From Phycisphaerales bacterium (GTDB taxonomy: Bacteria; Planctomycetota; Phycisphaerae; Sedimentisphaerales; UBA12454): a stretch of DNA of 64,000 bases. Location: NCBI GenBank assembly GCA_003142595.1, contig PLMU01000007.1, forward strand, positions 246,925 to 310,924, written 5' to 3'. A program made the position numbers and the translations under genes. Positions 27,790-35,845 of the stretch are shown piece after piece. Numbering within the stretch: position 1 is the stretch's first letter; each line of letters starts with the position of its first letter. The notes below the pieces were generated by a model. It made no database searches and was not told where the DNA came from. It saw nothing but the letters and a program-made list of their open reading frames with translations.

Positions 27790-27809
27790 CCCCGCCTCAA
27801 GTGGCGGGG
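27790..27809 (-). terminator. GC-rich hairpin after the HNH-AP2 gene
   Basis: ccccgcc-tcaagt-ggcgggg is a perfect 7-bp stem about 10 nt downstream of the stop at 27820. No clear U-tract follows. Confidence 0.4.
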
Positions 27810-27819
27810 GCTAAATATT

Positions 27820-28383
27820 TTATGGAAAGTTTAAAGAAGCAAAGTCCCCATGATATAATTTAGCAGCGGCGTCATAAGCACGGGCGGCATCAATTTCGGT
27901 GTCGAAATCGCCGAGATATTCGCGCACGCCGTTGCGGCCAATTCTGGCGATCCATTTGCCAGAACGTTTTCGCTGATGAACGCCTTTGTATTTCGAACGG
28001 GCGAAAGAATATTTCCTTCGGTTTGCACTATTCTGGGACAGAGTCGCAAGTCTGAGATTCTGCCTGCTGTTGTCGAGGCCGTTGTGATTTTTGTGGTCAA
28101 CAATAAAACCTTTCGGCGGAGACATAACCTGATTGTGCATATAAACGGCTTTTCCTTTTTCTATTCTAAAGGCATAAAAATTCCGGCCGGCGATTTTTAA
28201 ACTCCATCTTTTCTGATTCAGGTTTTCATAATCTTCCAAAGAAACAATAGCGTATTTCCCGCCAGTAAGCCTGATAGCGCGAAATTGGCTGCGGTATCGG
28301 ATTTTTTTGCAGCGCAGCATCGCTCCTATGCAGAGGCGCATAAGGAAATCGGGAATTGGAATGTGAAAGGAAATATAGGACAA
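27820..28383 (-). CDS. HNH endonuclease with a C-terminal AP2/ERF DNA-binding domain
   Basis: The HNH block is [27 protein letters not shown]. The AP2 block is [39 protein letters not shown]. The ORF-track start is TTG, and the ATG at 28341 is more plausible. Confidence 0.8.
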   Translation of the reverse strand: MSYISFHIPIPDFLMRLCIGAMLRCKKIRYRSQFRAIRLTGGKYAIVSLEDYENLNQKRWSLKIAGRNFYAFRIEKGKAVYMHNQVMSPPKGFIVDHKNHNGLDNSRQNLRLATLSQNSANRRKYSFARSKYKGVHQRKRSGKWIARIGRNGVREYLGDFDTEIDAARAYDAAAKLYHGDFASLNFP

Positions 28384-28420
28384 AATAATTTTGAATTCTT
28401 AATTTTAAATTAAGGAGTTC

Positions 28421-28628
28421 ACCCCCCATAGTTTCCTTCGCTACGGCGAGAAAACTAAGCATGGGGGGTTCTTCTTATATATGTGTTTCCATATATAAGA
28501 AGAACTTGCGCGCTTTGTGCGAAAACTCGAACAAAATTCGAGAGGTGAAATTTGTAAGTCTTTTCAGGATAAGGAGATAAATTTTTTTATTTTTTTAAAG
28601 CGCGCACTTTTTATATTGCGCGCTTTGT
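28421..28628. repeat. cluster of perfect palindromes and a thrice-used TGCGCGCTTT motif
   Basis: The cluster holds four palindromes: accccccat(28421-29)/atggggggt(28461-69); gttcttcttatatatg(28468-83)/catatataagaagaac(28490-505); ctcgaa/ttcgag at about 28524-42; and aaagcgcgca(28597-606)/tgcgcgcttt(28617-26). TTGCGCGCTTTGT is also directly repeated at 28506 and 28616. Confidence 0.7.
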
Positions 28629-28826
28629 CTTATGTGGAGGCTGGTTATCGGAAACTCGATTATCCGCTTTTGCAGATAAAACTGATACCTATGGCATGGC
28701 ATAAATAGCCATTGAGTTTAAAAAGAAAAAGAGTACGATTTACCATGACCCCAGGCATATCCGGGGGCTGAATATGTAAGAAATTGATGCGGTTCGATGT
28801 TTTTATAAATAGTAAAGGCGAATGAA

Positions 28827-29093
28827 ATGAAGAAAATACCTCTTATCATATCGTTGATTGTCAATGTTTTGCTTATCGCGGCAGTGTTTAATCTTCGTCT
28901 TCGTTACCACAGGATGATATTTCAAACACTTTATGACACTACCACATCTGAAGTCCGTCTTCAAGAGGGCATCCTGGCTGAACTTCGGTCAGAAGATGAA
29001 TACAAAATCATAGCAGTTAAGACCCTGCTCGAGCATAATATTCGAGAGGAAAAGAAATCCGCGGAAATCTGGAAAGCCGCATCAGAGAGATAA
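28827..29093 (+). CDS. small membrane-anchored hypothetical protein
   Basis: 88 aa with an N-terminal TM (IPLIISLIVNVLLIAAVF) and a charged helical tail. Confidence 0.45.
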   Translation: MKKIPLIISLIVNVLLIAAVFNLRLRYHRMIFQTLYDTTTSEVRLQEGILAELRSEDEYKIIAVKTLLEHNIREEKKSAEIWKAASER

Positions 29094-29121
29094 AAAAGAT
29101 ATACGAACCTCTAAATAACAC

Positions 29122-29170
29122 AAAAAAAACATCGCGGCTTTGTCCCCACTGAGGTCGGACAAAGCCGCGA
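29122..29170 (-). terminator. strong minus-strand intrinsic terminator
   Basis: tcgcggctttgtcc / ggacaaagccgcga forms a 14-bp stem (29132-29170). On the minus strand it is followed by TTTTTTTT (29122-29129). A second 10-bp hairpin, cgctgtgtcg/cgacacagcg, sits at 29176-29201. Confidence 0.55.
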
Positions 29171-29245
29171 CAATCCGCTGTGTCGAACCGGCGACACAGC
29201 GAATCCCCTTTTACTTATACTTTAGCCAGGCGGCAATCGTTTGCT

Positions 29246-29281
29246 AAAAAGAGCCCGCCGGAGAATAAGATCGGCGGGCTC
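29246..29281 (-). terminator. rho-independent terminator of the 175-aa gene
   Basis: gagcccgccg(29251-60)/cggcgggctc(29272-81) is followed by TTTTT on the minus strand, 48 nt after the stop. Confidence 0.7.
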
Positions 29282-29328
29282 TGCGTTCCCGTAATAGGTG
29301 TACGGGGACTGCTGTTGGTTCTTATAAC

Positions 29329-29856
29329 TTATTCTTTAGGAGGCATAACTTCTTTTAATTTAGCGTCTTTTTCCTCATCAGAAAGTTTATCCCATTGAGG
29401 CGGACACATCGGACAGCAGAAACCGACTTTCATACCTTTATACATCCGGGTGTGGTCGGCAGGGGTATTCATTTTGTCAAACTCTTTGCCTGAAATCGGG
29501 CATTTGCCGTTGACACAGGGCATTTTTTCCACGTTTTCTTTCATACACTTATGGGCTTTTGCCAAAAGCTTGTCGGCTTTTTCAAGCTCACTTTTAGCAG
29601 TCGCTTTGTCGTCTTTATCAAGAGCTGCGATAGCAGCCTTTATAGCGGCCTTTGCGGAGGCAATATCGTCCATACTGGCATTGCAGTCCTTGACGCAGGC
29701 CATCATACACTTGTGCATACCTTTCTCTTTTTCATGGTGCATAGGCATTTTGTTCGGGTCGTCCATCGCCTTAACCGGCGATAACGCCACAATACCTATT
29801 ACAACAGCAGCAATAAGAGCCAAAACAAATACTGGAACTATGTTTTTACTGTTCAT
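29329..29856 (-). CDS. secreted Cys/His/Met-rich protein, possibly metal-binding
   Basis: 175 aa with a signal/anchor and MPMHHEKEKGMHKCMMACVKDC. The C-terminal YKGMKVGFCCPMCPPQW resembles YHS/TRASH-type metal-binding modules, but the match is weak. Confidence 0.6.
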   Translation of the reverse strand: MNSKNIVPVFVLALIAAVVIGIVALSPVKAMDDPNKMPMHHEKEKGMHKCMMACVKDCNASMDDIASAKAAIKAAIAALDKDDKATAKSELEKADKLLAKAHKCMKENVEKMPCVNGKCPISGKEFDKMNTPADHTRMYKGMKVGFCCPMCPPQWDKLSDEEKDAKLKEVMPPKE

Positions 29857-29997
29857 TTTTTCCCTTTCAGTTTTTAAAATTTTGTCCCCTGTTTTCTACA
29901 TATATCTTTTATATAATCCGGCGCAAATTGAGAATAGGGAATTTCCTTGTTTTGGATGGGTTATTTGCTTAAGCCGATGTGACAAAAAAATTAGTAT

Positions 29998-30222
29998 AAA
30001 AAAAGGTCTGAATAAACAGACCTTTTTAAAGCTTGGCAGCCTCCACCTGTGCCGATGAAAGGCCATTTTTAGAACCCAAATTTAAAAGCGGTAAGTCAGC
30101 TTCAAGCGTCCGAAAGTCCTGTCGAGCAGGCGTTTTCGAGCCGGCAGGTTCCGACTCCCTAAAAATGGGCATAGGTTCAAAAATAAAACCTTCCTGTCGA
30201 ACACCGCAGGGGCAACCTTGCT
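29998..30222 (-). ncRNA. candidate structured RNA, 6S-like rod (promoter + ~195-nt body + intrinsic terminator)
   Basis: The 5' end (agcaaggttgcccctgcggtg) pairs imperfectly with the 3' end (cacaggtggaggctgccaagct). Internal helices include aagg/cctt, ttttt/aaaaa, gaacc/ggttc and gagtcgg/ctgactt, plus an apical hairpin cgaaa..cctg-ctcga-cagg..tttcg. The RNA ends in aaaaaggtctg-tttatt-cagaccttttt followed by a T-run. Only a TTG-start shadow ORF is present. Confidence 0.45.
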
Positions 30223-30227
30223 AAAGT

Positions 30228-30256
30228 ATTATATCGGAAAAGACATTCAATTACAA
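30228..30256 (-). promoter_or_regulatory. sigma-70-like promoter, TTGTAA-N17-TATAAT (minus strand)
   Basis: The plus-strand ttacaa at 30251-56 and attata at 30228-33 give TTGTAA and TATAAT on the minus strand, with an exact 17-nt spacer. The predicted TSS at about 30221-22 coincides with the start of the closing helix of the RNA. Confidence 0.5.
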
Positions 30257-30387
30257 TGAATTTATGCACCCCTGGCTTTATACTGATAAAACAAATGCGA
30301 TATTCTGGACTTTTACCTGGGAATCTGGTATACTATTGTGGTGTGTATAAATACGAGAGGCTCTTTTACAATTGGCGTGTAATTTTC

Positions 30388-30740
30388 GGGGGCGAAAGGC
30401 TTCGACCGGACGGGTAGAGAAGCAGGTCGCATGTCCAGGACGTCGGTTGGCCTGGCTAATCATCCGACACAAATTTAATTGGCAACTACCAATTAAGTAT
30501 GGCTGCCTAATTTAGGCGCCCGTCCTGCGGAATTGCTCCTGCCAGTTTCGTAAGGGCGTCAAAATGCGGGATAGCTCTGCATGGCTGTTCGTCAATGCAG
30601 TGCGAAAAATATTAACGAACTGGCTGAGTTGAAAGCCTGTTGATCGGCGTTCGGCAAGGCGAGATACAAACGACCAACTAAACATGTAGAAGCCTGTTTT
30701 GAAACGTTTCGGGACGGGGGTTCGAATCCCCCCGCCTCCA
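30388..30740 (+). ncRNA. ssrA: transfer-messenger RNA
   Basis: The 5' GGGGGCG pairs with the 3' CGCCTCC, including the G3:U70 alanine identity pair. The T-arm is GGGGGTTCGAATCCCCC and the discriminator A is at 30740; CCA is not encoded. The tag frame ends at the TAA at 30508-10 and reads ...GNYQLSMAA*. Confidence 0.92.
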
Positions 30741-32132
30741 GTTTTCCGCTGAAAATGCGGGTGTGCATTCTCTTTCTGAAAATGGGGTTTCTTTGCGGTT
30801 TAAAGCCTCAAAACCGCTATTTCGTGAAGTTATAACCCCACTGGAATTGTTAGGATTTGTTAGGCTTTTATAGCCTTCGTGGGCAGTTTTTGGGCAGTAA
30901 ATTTTTGACTTATTTTCTGCAATACAATCATCAGTGCCGGTCTTAATAGCCTCGGTCTGCTTAACGATAAAATCGGGCAGGCTTTCGATAGTTTCCCTCT
31001 GCTGTCCAGCGTATAGGTGCGTATATTTGCTCAGGGTTAAATTTATGTCTGTATGCCTCATCAGGCTTTGAATAACCTTTGGGTTCGCCCCTGTTTGGAT
31101 TAAAAGGCTTGCTGTGCTGTGTCTCAAAGAATGAAAATCGGCAAACTTGCCGTCAACCTCATAGGGTATTGCTTCAGTAAGCACTTTTCCCTCTTTGTCT
31201 CGTATCGCTGTTGCTTCAAGGTCGGTCTTAATCATCAAATAGCCTTTTTTGAGAATAAAGGCCGCTGACTGTGGGGTTTTATTTCGCAGAAAATCTTTAA
31301 TTATTCCAGCGGTCGTTTTTCGCAGCAGCAATACCGCTCCCCGCCGCGCCTTTTCGTTTGCGTCCCTGACTTCGACAGTTCCAGCCTTAAAATCAAAATC
31401 TGACACTTTCAGGGTCTTTATTTCGTTGTATCTTAGGCCGCTTTCAACGGCCAGCCGGTAAATCAAAGCCCGCTCCGCTCCAGATATACCCCTGAACGGC
31501 TTGCCAGTTTCCGCTGCCCTTATAAGCCTTGCGACTTCATCGACGGTTAAAGCTCTGCGCGGGTGTCTTTGGTCGGCCTGTAAAACCTGCGGCAATTTAA
31601 TCAATTTAAAGTTATTCTTTGGCAATAAGCCTGTTTCGCAAAGGTAAGTTGTAAACTGCTTAAAGCAGGCGATATGGTCGCGCTTTGTCTTTGTCGCAAT
31701 AGTCAGGCCGTTTATGTAAGCTGTGAATCTAACAGCGTCAAGGTCTGATATAACATTAAACTTGCATTTTTCGCAGATATGGTTAATCCGGTTTTCGACG
31801 CGCTGTAAATGTTCGCCTGTGATTTGTTTGATTTTCAGACTTTCAATAAAATTCTTTATATGACCTTCTAACTGGTTTTTCCCTGCCGCCCTTGCCGCTG
31901 ATAGTAAACCAATACCATTAAGTTTTCTGACAATTCTTGACGGCATACAATCAATAGCCCGCTGTAAATCCAAAGAGATAACACCGTTTGAGTAGTAAAC
32001 ATCTATAAGTTGTTCGATTGTATGGGCAAGACTCTGGCTTGTCTTTTCAGTTTCAAAGGCTATTAGCCTGAAACGCTCGTCCCGAAAACGAAAATCCAGA
32101 TAAAATTTATTGCCGCTTTTAAATATCTTCAT
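30678..32132 (-). CDS. int: tyrosine recombinase / phage-type integrase
   Basis: 484 aa carrying the catalytic set: R (GLRYNE), HSLRHSTAS and LSKYTHLY. The last ~20 codons (…ENWRRGDSNPRPETFQNRLLHV) are the antisense translation of the tmRNA 3' end. Confidence 0.9.
   Translation of the reverse strand: MKIFKSGNKFYLDFRFRDERFRLIAFETEKTSQSLAHTIEQLIDVYYSNGVISLDLQRAIDCMPSRIVRKLNGIGLLSAARAAGKNQLEGHIKNFIESLKIKQITGEHLQRVENRINHICEKCKFNVISDLDAVRFTAYINGLTIATKTKRDHIACFKQFTTYLCETGLLPKNNFKLIKLPQVLQADQRHPRRALTVDEVARLIRAAETGKPFRGISGAERALIYRLAVESGLRYNEIKTLKVSDFDFKAGTVEVRDANEKARRGAVLLLRKTTAGIIKDFLRNKTPQSAAFILKKGYLMIKTDLEATAIRDKEGKVLTEAIPYEVDGKFADFHSLRHSTASLLIQTGANPKVIQSLMRHTDINLTLSKYTHLYAGQQRETIESLPDFIVKQTEAIKTGTDDCIAENKSKIYCPKTAHEGYKSLTNPNNSSGVITSRNSGFEALNRKETPFSERECTPAFSAENWRRGDSNPRPETFQNRLLHV
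30719..30742. repeat. attL core (within the ssrA 3' end)
   Basis: GGTTCGAATCCCCCCGCCTCCAGT is identical to 39065-39088. Confidence 0.85.
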
Positions 32133-32356
32133 TTTTTAGCCCTCTTTGGTTTTTTAGACATAAGCTCAAGCCCAAAATACTTGCATAGCATATCCGCTGT
32201 TTCACAATATAGGTCTTTGCCTTGCATTATCTTGCAAAGCTGACTTTGTATTTTGCTATGAGAAACACCGGCCTTAGCTAAATCCTTTGCTATCTCATAC
32301 CGGCTTTTACCGCTTTTACTTATCTCTTTTCTTATGGTATCTAAAATCATAATCAT
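32129..32356 (-). CDS. XRE/Cro-like helix-turn-helix protein
   Basis: 75 aa with SRYEIAKDLAKAGVSHSKIQSQL, an HTH-like pattern. It overlaps the int start by 4 nt. Confidence 0.55.
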   Translation of the reverse strand: MIMILDTIRKEISKSGKSRYEIAKDLAKAGVSHSKIQSQLCKIMQGKDLYCETADMLCKYFGLELMSKKPKRAKK

Positions 32357-32534
32357 ATTTTACCTCTCTACTTTATTGCTGTAAAGCAAAAAATAAAATT
32401 TTTTTCTTTTTTATTATAAAATCTTGCTCATTCGTTCGCTTGCTTTCGCTCTCTTAACGGCTTCGCTTCGCTTACTCTTTCGCAGTACCCGATTTTCTAA
32501 TAAAGTGCTGTTAAGGGTGGCTTATTATAAAATA

Positions 32535-32661
32535 CTTTAGTTTCTGAAGTCGTAAACAGTCTTAACGCCTTTAATTTCTGAAGTTATTAAGCGATTTTTT
32601 GTATTTTTTTGCCCTGAACAGCTTTAGTTTCTAAAGTTATACCTGCTTTAGTTTCTGAAGT
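32535..32661. repeat. four iteron-like 16-bp direct repeats, CTTTAGTTTCTGAAGT
   Basis: Copies lie at 32535-50 (exact), 32569-84 (1 mismatch), 32622-37 (1 mismatch) and 32646-61 (exact). An A/T tract at 32388-32425 and a TTCGCT-rich stretch at 32430-32490 lie alongside. Confidence 0.75.
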
Positions 32662-33126
32662 TGTTTCTAAATTTTTCCGTTTTTTAAATCCGCCGTTTAT
32701 AGGCACGTTTGACTTTCCCTTACCGGCTTTGAAATTATCAGTTCCGTATTCCTGCCAGTTAGTTATCAAAGCTATTTTGTGGCTCTGCCGCTTAACTCCG
32801 CAGCCAAGCACGGCTATTTCAATAAAGCCTTTGGCAACAAGCTGGTCTATTGCCTTGCTTATAGTAGCGGTCGAATACCCAAACTGCTTATGTATTGATT
32901 TATAGGTCAATTTAAGTTCGCCGTTATTTTCTGCGAAAAATCGCTGGTTTTTTCCTTTGCCGGTCGAATTGACTTTCAGCCGCATATACAGTTCCAGCAG
33001 TATTTGTTTTGCCGCTCCGGTAAGTTTAATAAATGCCTTATGTCGTATTAACAGCTTGTTAATATAAAACATTTCTATTTGAGAAAGTGTAGTTTCATAT
33101 AGCCAGTTTTCCTTTTTTTCTGCCAT
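32587..33126 (-). CDS. winged-helix protein, possible replication initiator or regulator of the island
   Basis: The ORF track gives 32587..33186. The ATG at 33126 (MAEKKENW) avoids overlapping the upstream gene. YSTATISKAIDQLVAKGFIE is wHTH-like. Its 3' end overlaps iterons 3-4. Confidence 0.5.
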   Translation of the reverse strand: MAEKKENWLYETTLSQIEMFYINKLLIRHKAFIKLTGAAKQILLELYMRLKVNSTGKGKNQRFFAENNGELKLTYKSIHKQFGYSTATISKAIDQLVAKGFIEIAVLGCGVKRQSHKIALITNWQEYGTDNFKAGKGKSNVPINGGFKKRKNLETTSETKAGITLETKAVQGKKIQKIA

Positions 33127-33130
33127 AACC

Positions 33131-33415
33131 CTATCCGATGTACCCCTGCCCTGTATTTTTCGATTCTGCGCCGGAAAAAGCCTCATTATGGCCGTCCTGT
33201 AAGATTTGGTAAGGCCGGACAGCGTATAACGGGCAAGCCAAGTCTGTACATAGACGTACTTCTTCCCTTTGCCAGTAAACGCACATCAAACATTGAGCAT
33301 TTACGCAGGCTCTTAGGCTCTTGCCTTGTACAGCCTTTTTATAAATCCCCCGATATGCCTTTGGTATTCCTGCAAGTCGCTGTTCTATTTTCTGTATCCT
33401 GTCGATATTCTTCAT
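33131..33415 (-). CDS. small cysteine-rich hypothetical protein
   Basis: 94 aa with CVNAQCLMCVYWQREEVRLCTDLACPLY, a 4-6 Cys zinc-finger-like cluster. Confidence 0.5.
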   Translation of the reverse strand: MKNIDRIQKIEQRLAGIPKAYRGIYKKAVQGKSLRACVNAQCLMCVYWQREEVRLCTDLACPLYAVRPYQILQDGHNEAFSGAESKNTGQGYIG

Positions 33416-33648
33416 TTTGAATTATCCTTTAAAAAATCGGCAATCTGCTCCGCTGTCCAGTATCGCCGCTTATTGATTATCTTTGCAGCGGCGGGCAACT
33501 GTTCACTATAAAGCCATTCATAAAGCGTAGTCCGGCTTATACCCAAAAGACGCGCAAGAGATGTAAGGCTGATTAACTGTTTGTCAATCATTGCCGTCCC
33601 CTTTGGCTGCAAGACCGGCAAGTGCCTTTTCGACTGCCTCAAAATCAA
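33412..33648 (-). CDS. excisionase/AlpA-type HTH protein
   Basis: LARLLGISRTTLYEWLYSEQLP..RRYW matches the excisionase-family HTH. The likely start is the ATG at 33591. Confidence 0.6.
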   Translation of the reverse strand: MILRQSKRHLPVLQPKGTAMIDKQLISLTSLARLLGISRTTLYEWLYSEQLPAAAKIINKRRYWTAEQIADFLKDNSK

Positions 33649-33772
33649 AAAACATCTTATTGCCTATGAAAAGGCAGGGAATTTTCCCTTTTTTGGCTTG
33701 TGTTTTCAGCCAACCGGCAGGAATTTTAAATTCAGCGGATAGTCTTAACAGATTGTATAGTTTAGCTTTCAT
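33584..33772 (-). CDS. second excisionase-family HTH protein
   Basis: 62 aa. LLRLSAEFKIPAGWLKTQAKKGKIPCLFIGNKMFF fits the excisionase DNA-binding pattern. Confidence 0.55.
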   Translation of the reverse strand: MKAKLYNLLRLSAEFKIPAGWLKTQAKKGKIPCLFIGNKMFFDFEAVEKALAGLAAKGDGND

Positions 33773-33814
33773 ATACCGCTATTCTATCTTGCGGTATGTG
33801 CGCTAACTGTGTCT

Positions 33815-35845
33815 CTAACTGTGATTTTTCTGTGATTTTATTTTATTTTCAGACAGCTTAAAAATGCCTTTGCCGTCTGACACTATTATTTTATCCCAAG
33901 CGGGGTGTGATTTTGATTTGTTTCTAAAAGTATGTATAAGCCGATAATTTTGATTTACCGAGCCTATACGTTCGCCGATTGTTTTTTCAGACAAACGCCC
34001 ATTTTCCCATAAAAGGCTGACACAAAGAGCCTGTGTTTTGTTGAAGGTGTATTCTTTGCCATACCATACAACAGACAAAAAATCTTCCGAGTGCCAGCAG
34101 TCTTTGCCCTTAATCGCAGTTTGTTTTTCCCTCAAAGGATTTTTATTCCCGCCGTTTTGCTCCGTGTCGGTCAAATTTCCCTTTGCAGGTGTGCCGGTAT
34201 CTGGTTTGTCTTTTAAAAGATTTTCCGCTTTCAAATAGGCTTTAACATAGCTCAAATAATCATTAAGCCGGTTAAATAGAAATCCATTTGTATTTTGTTC
34301 GGGGTCATCGCCATTTTTTAAAAAATCTTTAAACAATGGCGGTTTTGGGGCTAAGGTTAAATTATATATTCCTAAAGCATTATCTTTAATTTGTTTATAT
34401 AGCTGCGGGCTAACAGAATAATCATAAGCAAGAAACAATGCAGCGCAATACTTGCCTATGTCATTATTTGAGAACGATAGTGTTTCATTAGCTAAGCTGT
34501 TAAGGTTATTGACAAAATCCATAACCTTTTCGGTGTTTCCGAAAACCTCTAAATGTTTTAGTTTCTTTTCAAGAATATGTGAATTTATTAAAAATCTTGT
34601 GGCTTTATCTATCAGCGGAAGTCTTATTTTATCCCAATCAGTGTTAAGTATTTTTTCAGTCTCTTTGGCAATTTGATATAGCTTATCGCTGTATTTGCCG
34701 CTGTCTGAAATTTCAGGTTTTTTCAAGTTCTCTTTATTGCGTTCTTTTTCAACAAAACTGCTTAAACTATCGCATATTTCAGGCAGACGATTGATAGAGT
34801 CATTCAACCATACTGAAATATACCCTGAATCATTGCCTCTTAATTTATCGTTCATAGCCGTTTCGGCTCTAATCCATAGATTTTCTATTATTCCTGACGC
34901 TTCGCAAAAAAGGTCAGTTATCGGCAAGTCTATAAATCCTTGCCGGTTCATTATTTCTTCGCTGTCTGTACGAAATATTAAATGCACGTGGGACAGGTCT
35001 GTCAAAGTATCTTCTGTTATTTGAGATTGACCTTGCTGTTTGTAATTTATTTCTTTAAGAATAGTAACTAAGTGCCTTATGCTGCGGGCAAATATTTCGA
35101 TTTTTTTTAGGTTTTCGGCAGGTGGTTTTTCGTCATTCCATTGATTTAATAAATCATAGACTTTAAACAGGTTTCCTTTTGTCTCTTTGATAAGTTTTTC
35201 ATCGTTCAAGTATTTATCAAAGCCGTTTAATTCCGTTAATTCAAGCAGAGTTTTATTAACTGCTTCAATACTGGCAATAATATTTTCGGGTATGTTAGCC
35301 CGTCTTAAAGCGGGCATAAATTGAAATATAATCCAGTCCCATTCTTTTTTGCTTACTGTATCCGGCCATTCAAAATGGGGCAGTTCCTCTTTGGGTGTTT
35401 TTTTCCAAGAGTAGATACAATCTTCTAATCCCTCTGCTGCACTCTTTACAAGACTTTGATATTTTTCGATGTATGATAAAAGGTGTTTATCTTCACGAGT
35501 CAATATCTTACTGCAATCCGCCCGACTTTTTTCTATGCTGCGATTGTTCTGTGGAACATCTACAAGTTTTTTTTCCGCCGGAGTACCTTTTTGATATTTT
35601 TCAATGTCTTTTTTTTCACGCTCAGTACGAGGTATTTCACCATAAACGGCATTGCGAATAATTTCATCGCTCAATTCTTTAATTTTTTCATTACCCTCTC
35701 TTACGGGAGTCCAAAGAGCTTCCAAAGCCCTTTCAATCCTTGTTTTGTTATAATATTTTTTTGCCATTTTTTCACTTGTCTTTTTTCGGGTCGGTCTGAA
35801 CAGCGGCAGGTACAGGTGAAAGACAAAAACCTTACCGCTGTTCAA
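33815..35845 (-). CDS. large orphan protein (about 650 aa), predicted mostly helical, with a possible C-terminal wHTH
   Basis: This is the longest ORF of the island. The likely ATG is at 35767 (MAKKYYNK). No catalytic motif was recognised. The C-terminal 90 aa (WYGKEYTFNKTQALCVSLLWENGRLSEKTIGERIG) look like a DNA-binding module. Confidence 0.7.
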   Translation of the reverse strand: MNSGKVFVFHLYLPLFRPTRKKTSEKMAKKYYNKTRIERALEALWTPVREGNEKIKELSDEIIRNAVYGEIPRTEREKKDIEKYQKGTPAEKKLVDVPQNNRSIEKSRADCSKILTREDKHLLSYIEKYQSLVKSAAEGLEDCIYSWKKTPKEELPHFEWPDTVSKKEWDWIIFQFMPALRRANIPENIIASIEAVNKTLLELTELNGFDKYLNDEKLIKETKGNLFKVYDLLNQWNDEKPPAENLKKIEIFARSIRHLVTILKEINYKQQGQSQITEDTLTDLSHVHLIFRTDSEEIMNRQGFIDLPITDLFCEASGIIENLWIRAETAMNDKLRGNDSGYISVWLNDSINRLPEICDSLSSFVEKERNKENLKKPEISDSGKYSDKLYQIAKETEKILNTDWDKIRLPLIDKATRFLINSHILEKKLKHLEVFGNTEKVMDFVNNLNSLANETLSFSNNDIGKYCAALFLAYDYSVSPQLYKQIKDNALGIYNLTLAPKPPLFKDFLKNGDDPEQNTNGFLFNRLNDYLSYVKAYLKAENLLKDKPDTGTPAKGNLTDTEQNGGNKNPLREKQTAIKGKDCWHSEDFLSVVWYGKEYTFNKTQALCVSLLWENGRLSEKTIGERIGSVNQNYRLIHTFRNKSKSHPAWDKIIVSDGKGIFKLSENKIKSQKNHS

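Noticed and set aside
28517-28708. A 63-aa GTG-start ORF inside the palindrome cluster.
   Set aside because: It is made of hairpin arms and A/T runs, with no RBS and no motif. The palindromes are the real signal.
30100-30125. A GAAAGTCC motif reminiscent of the RNase P RNA conserved core.
   Set aside because: The surrounding sequence lacks the other universally conserved RNase P blocks and is too short. The locus fits a 6S-like rod better.
30033-30472. Two ORFs, 30033..30224 (+) and 30278..30472 (-).
   Set aside because: The first is a TTG-start shadow of the 6S-like RNA locus. The second runs antisense into the 5' part of tmRNA. Neither has coding character.
30678-30718. The last 13 codons of int (PRPETFQNRLLHV) as a functional C-terminus.
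   Set aside because: They are the antisense reading of the tmRNA body beyond the att core. They are treated as an integration by-product, not a conserved domain (see the finding on the displaced tail).
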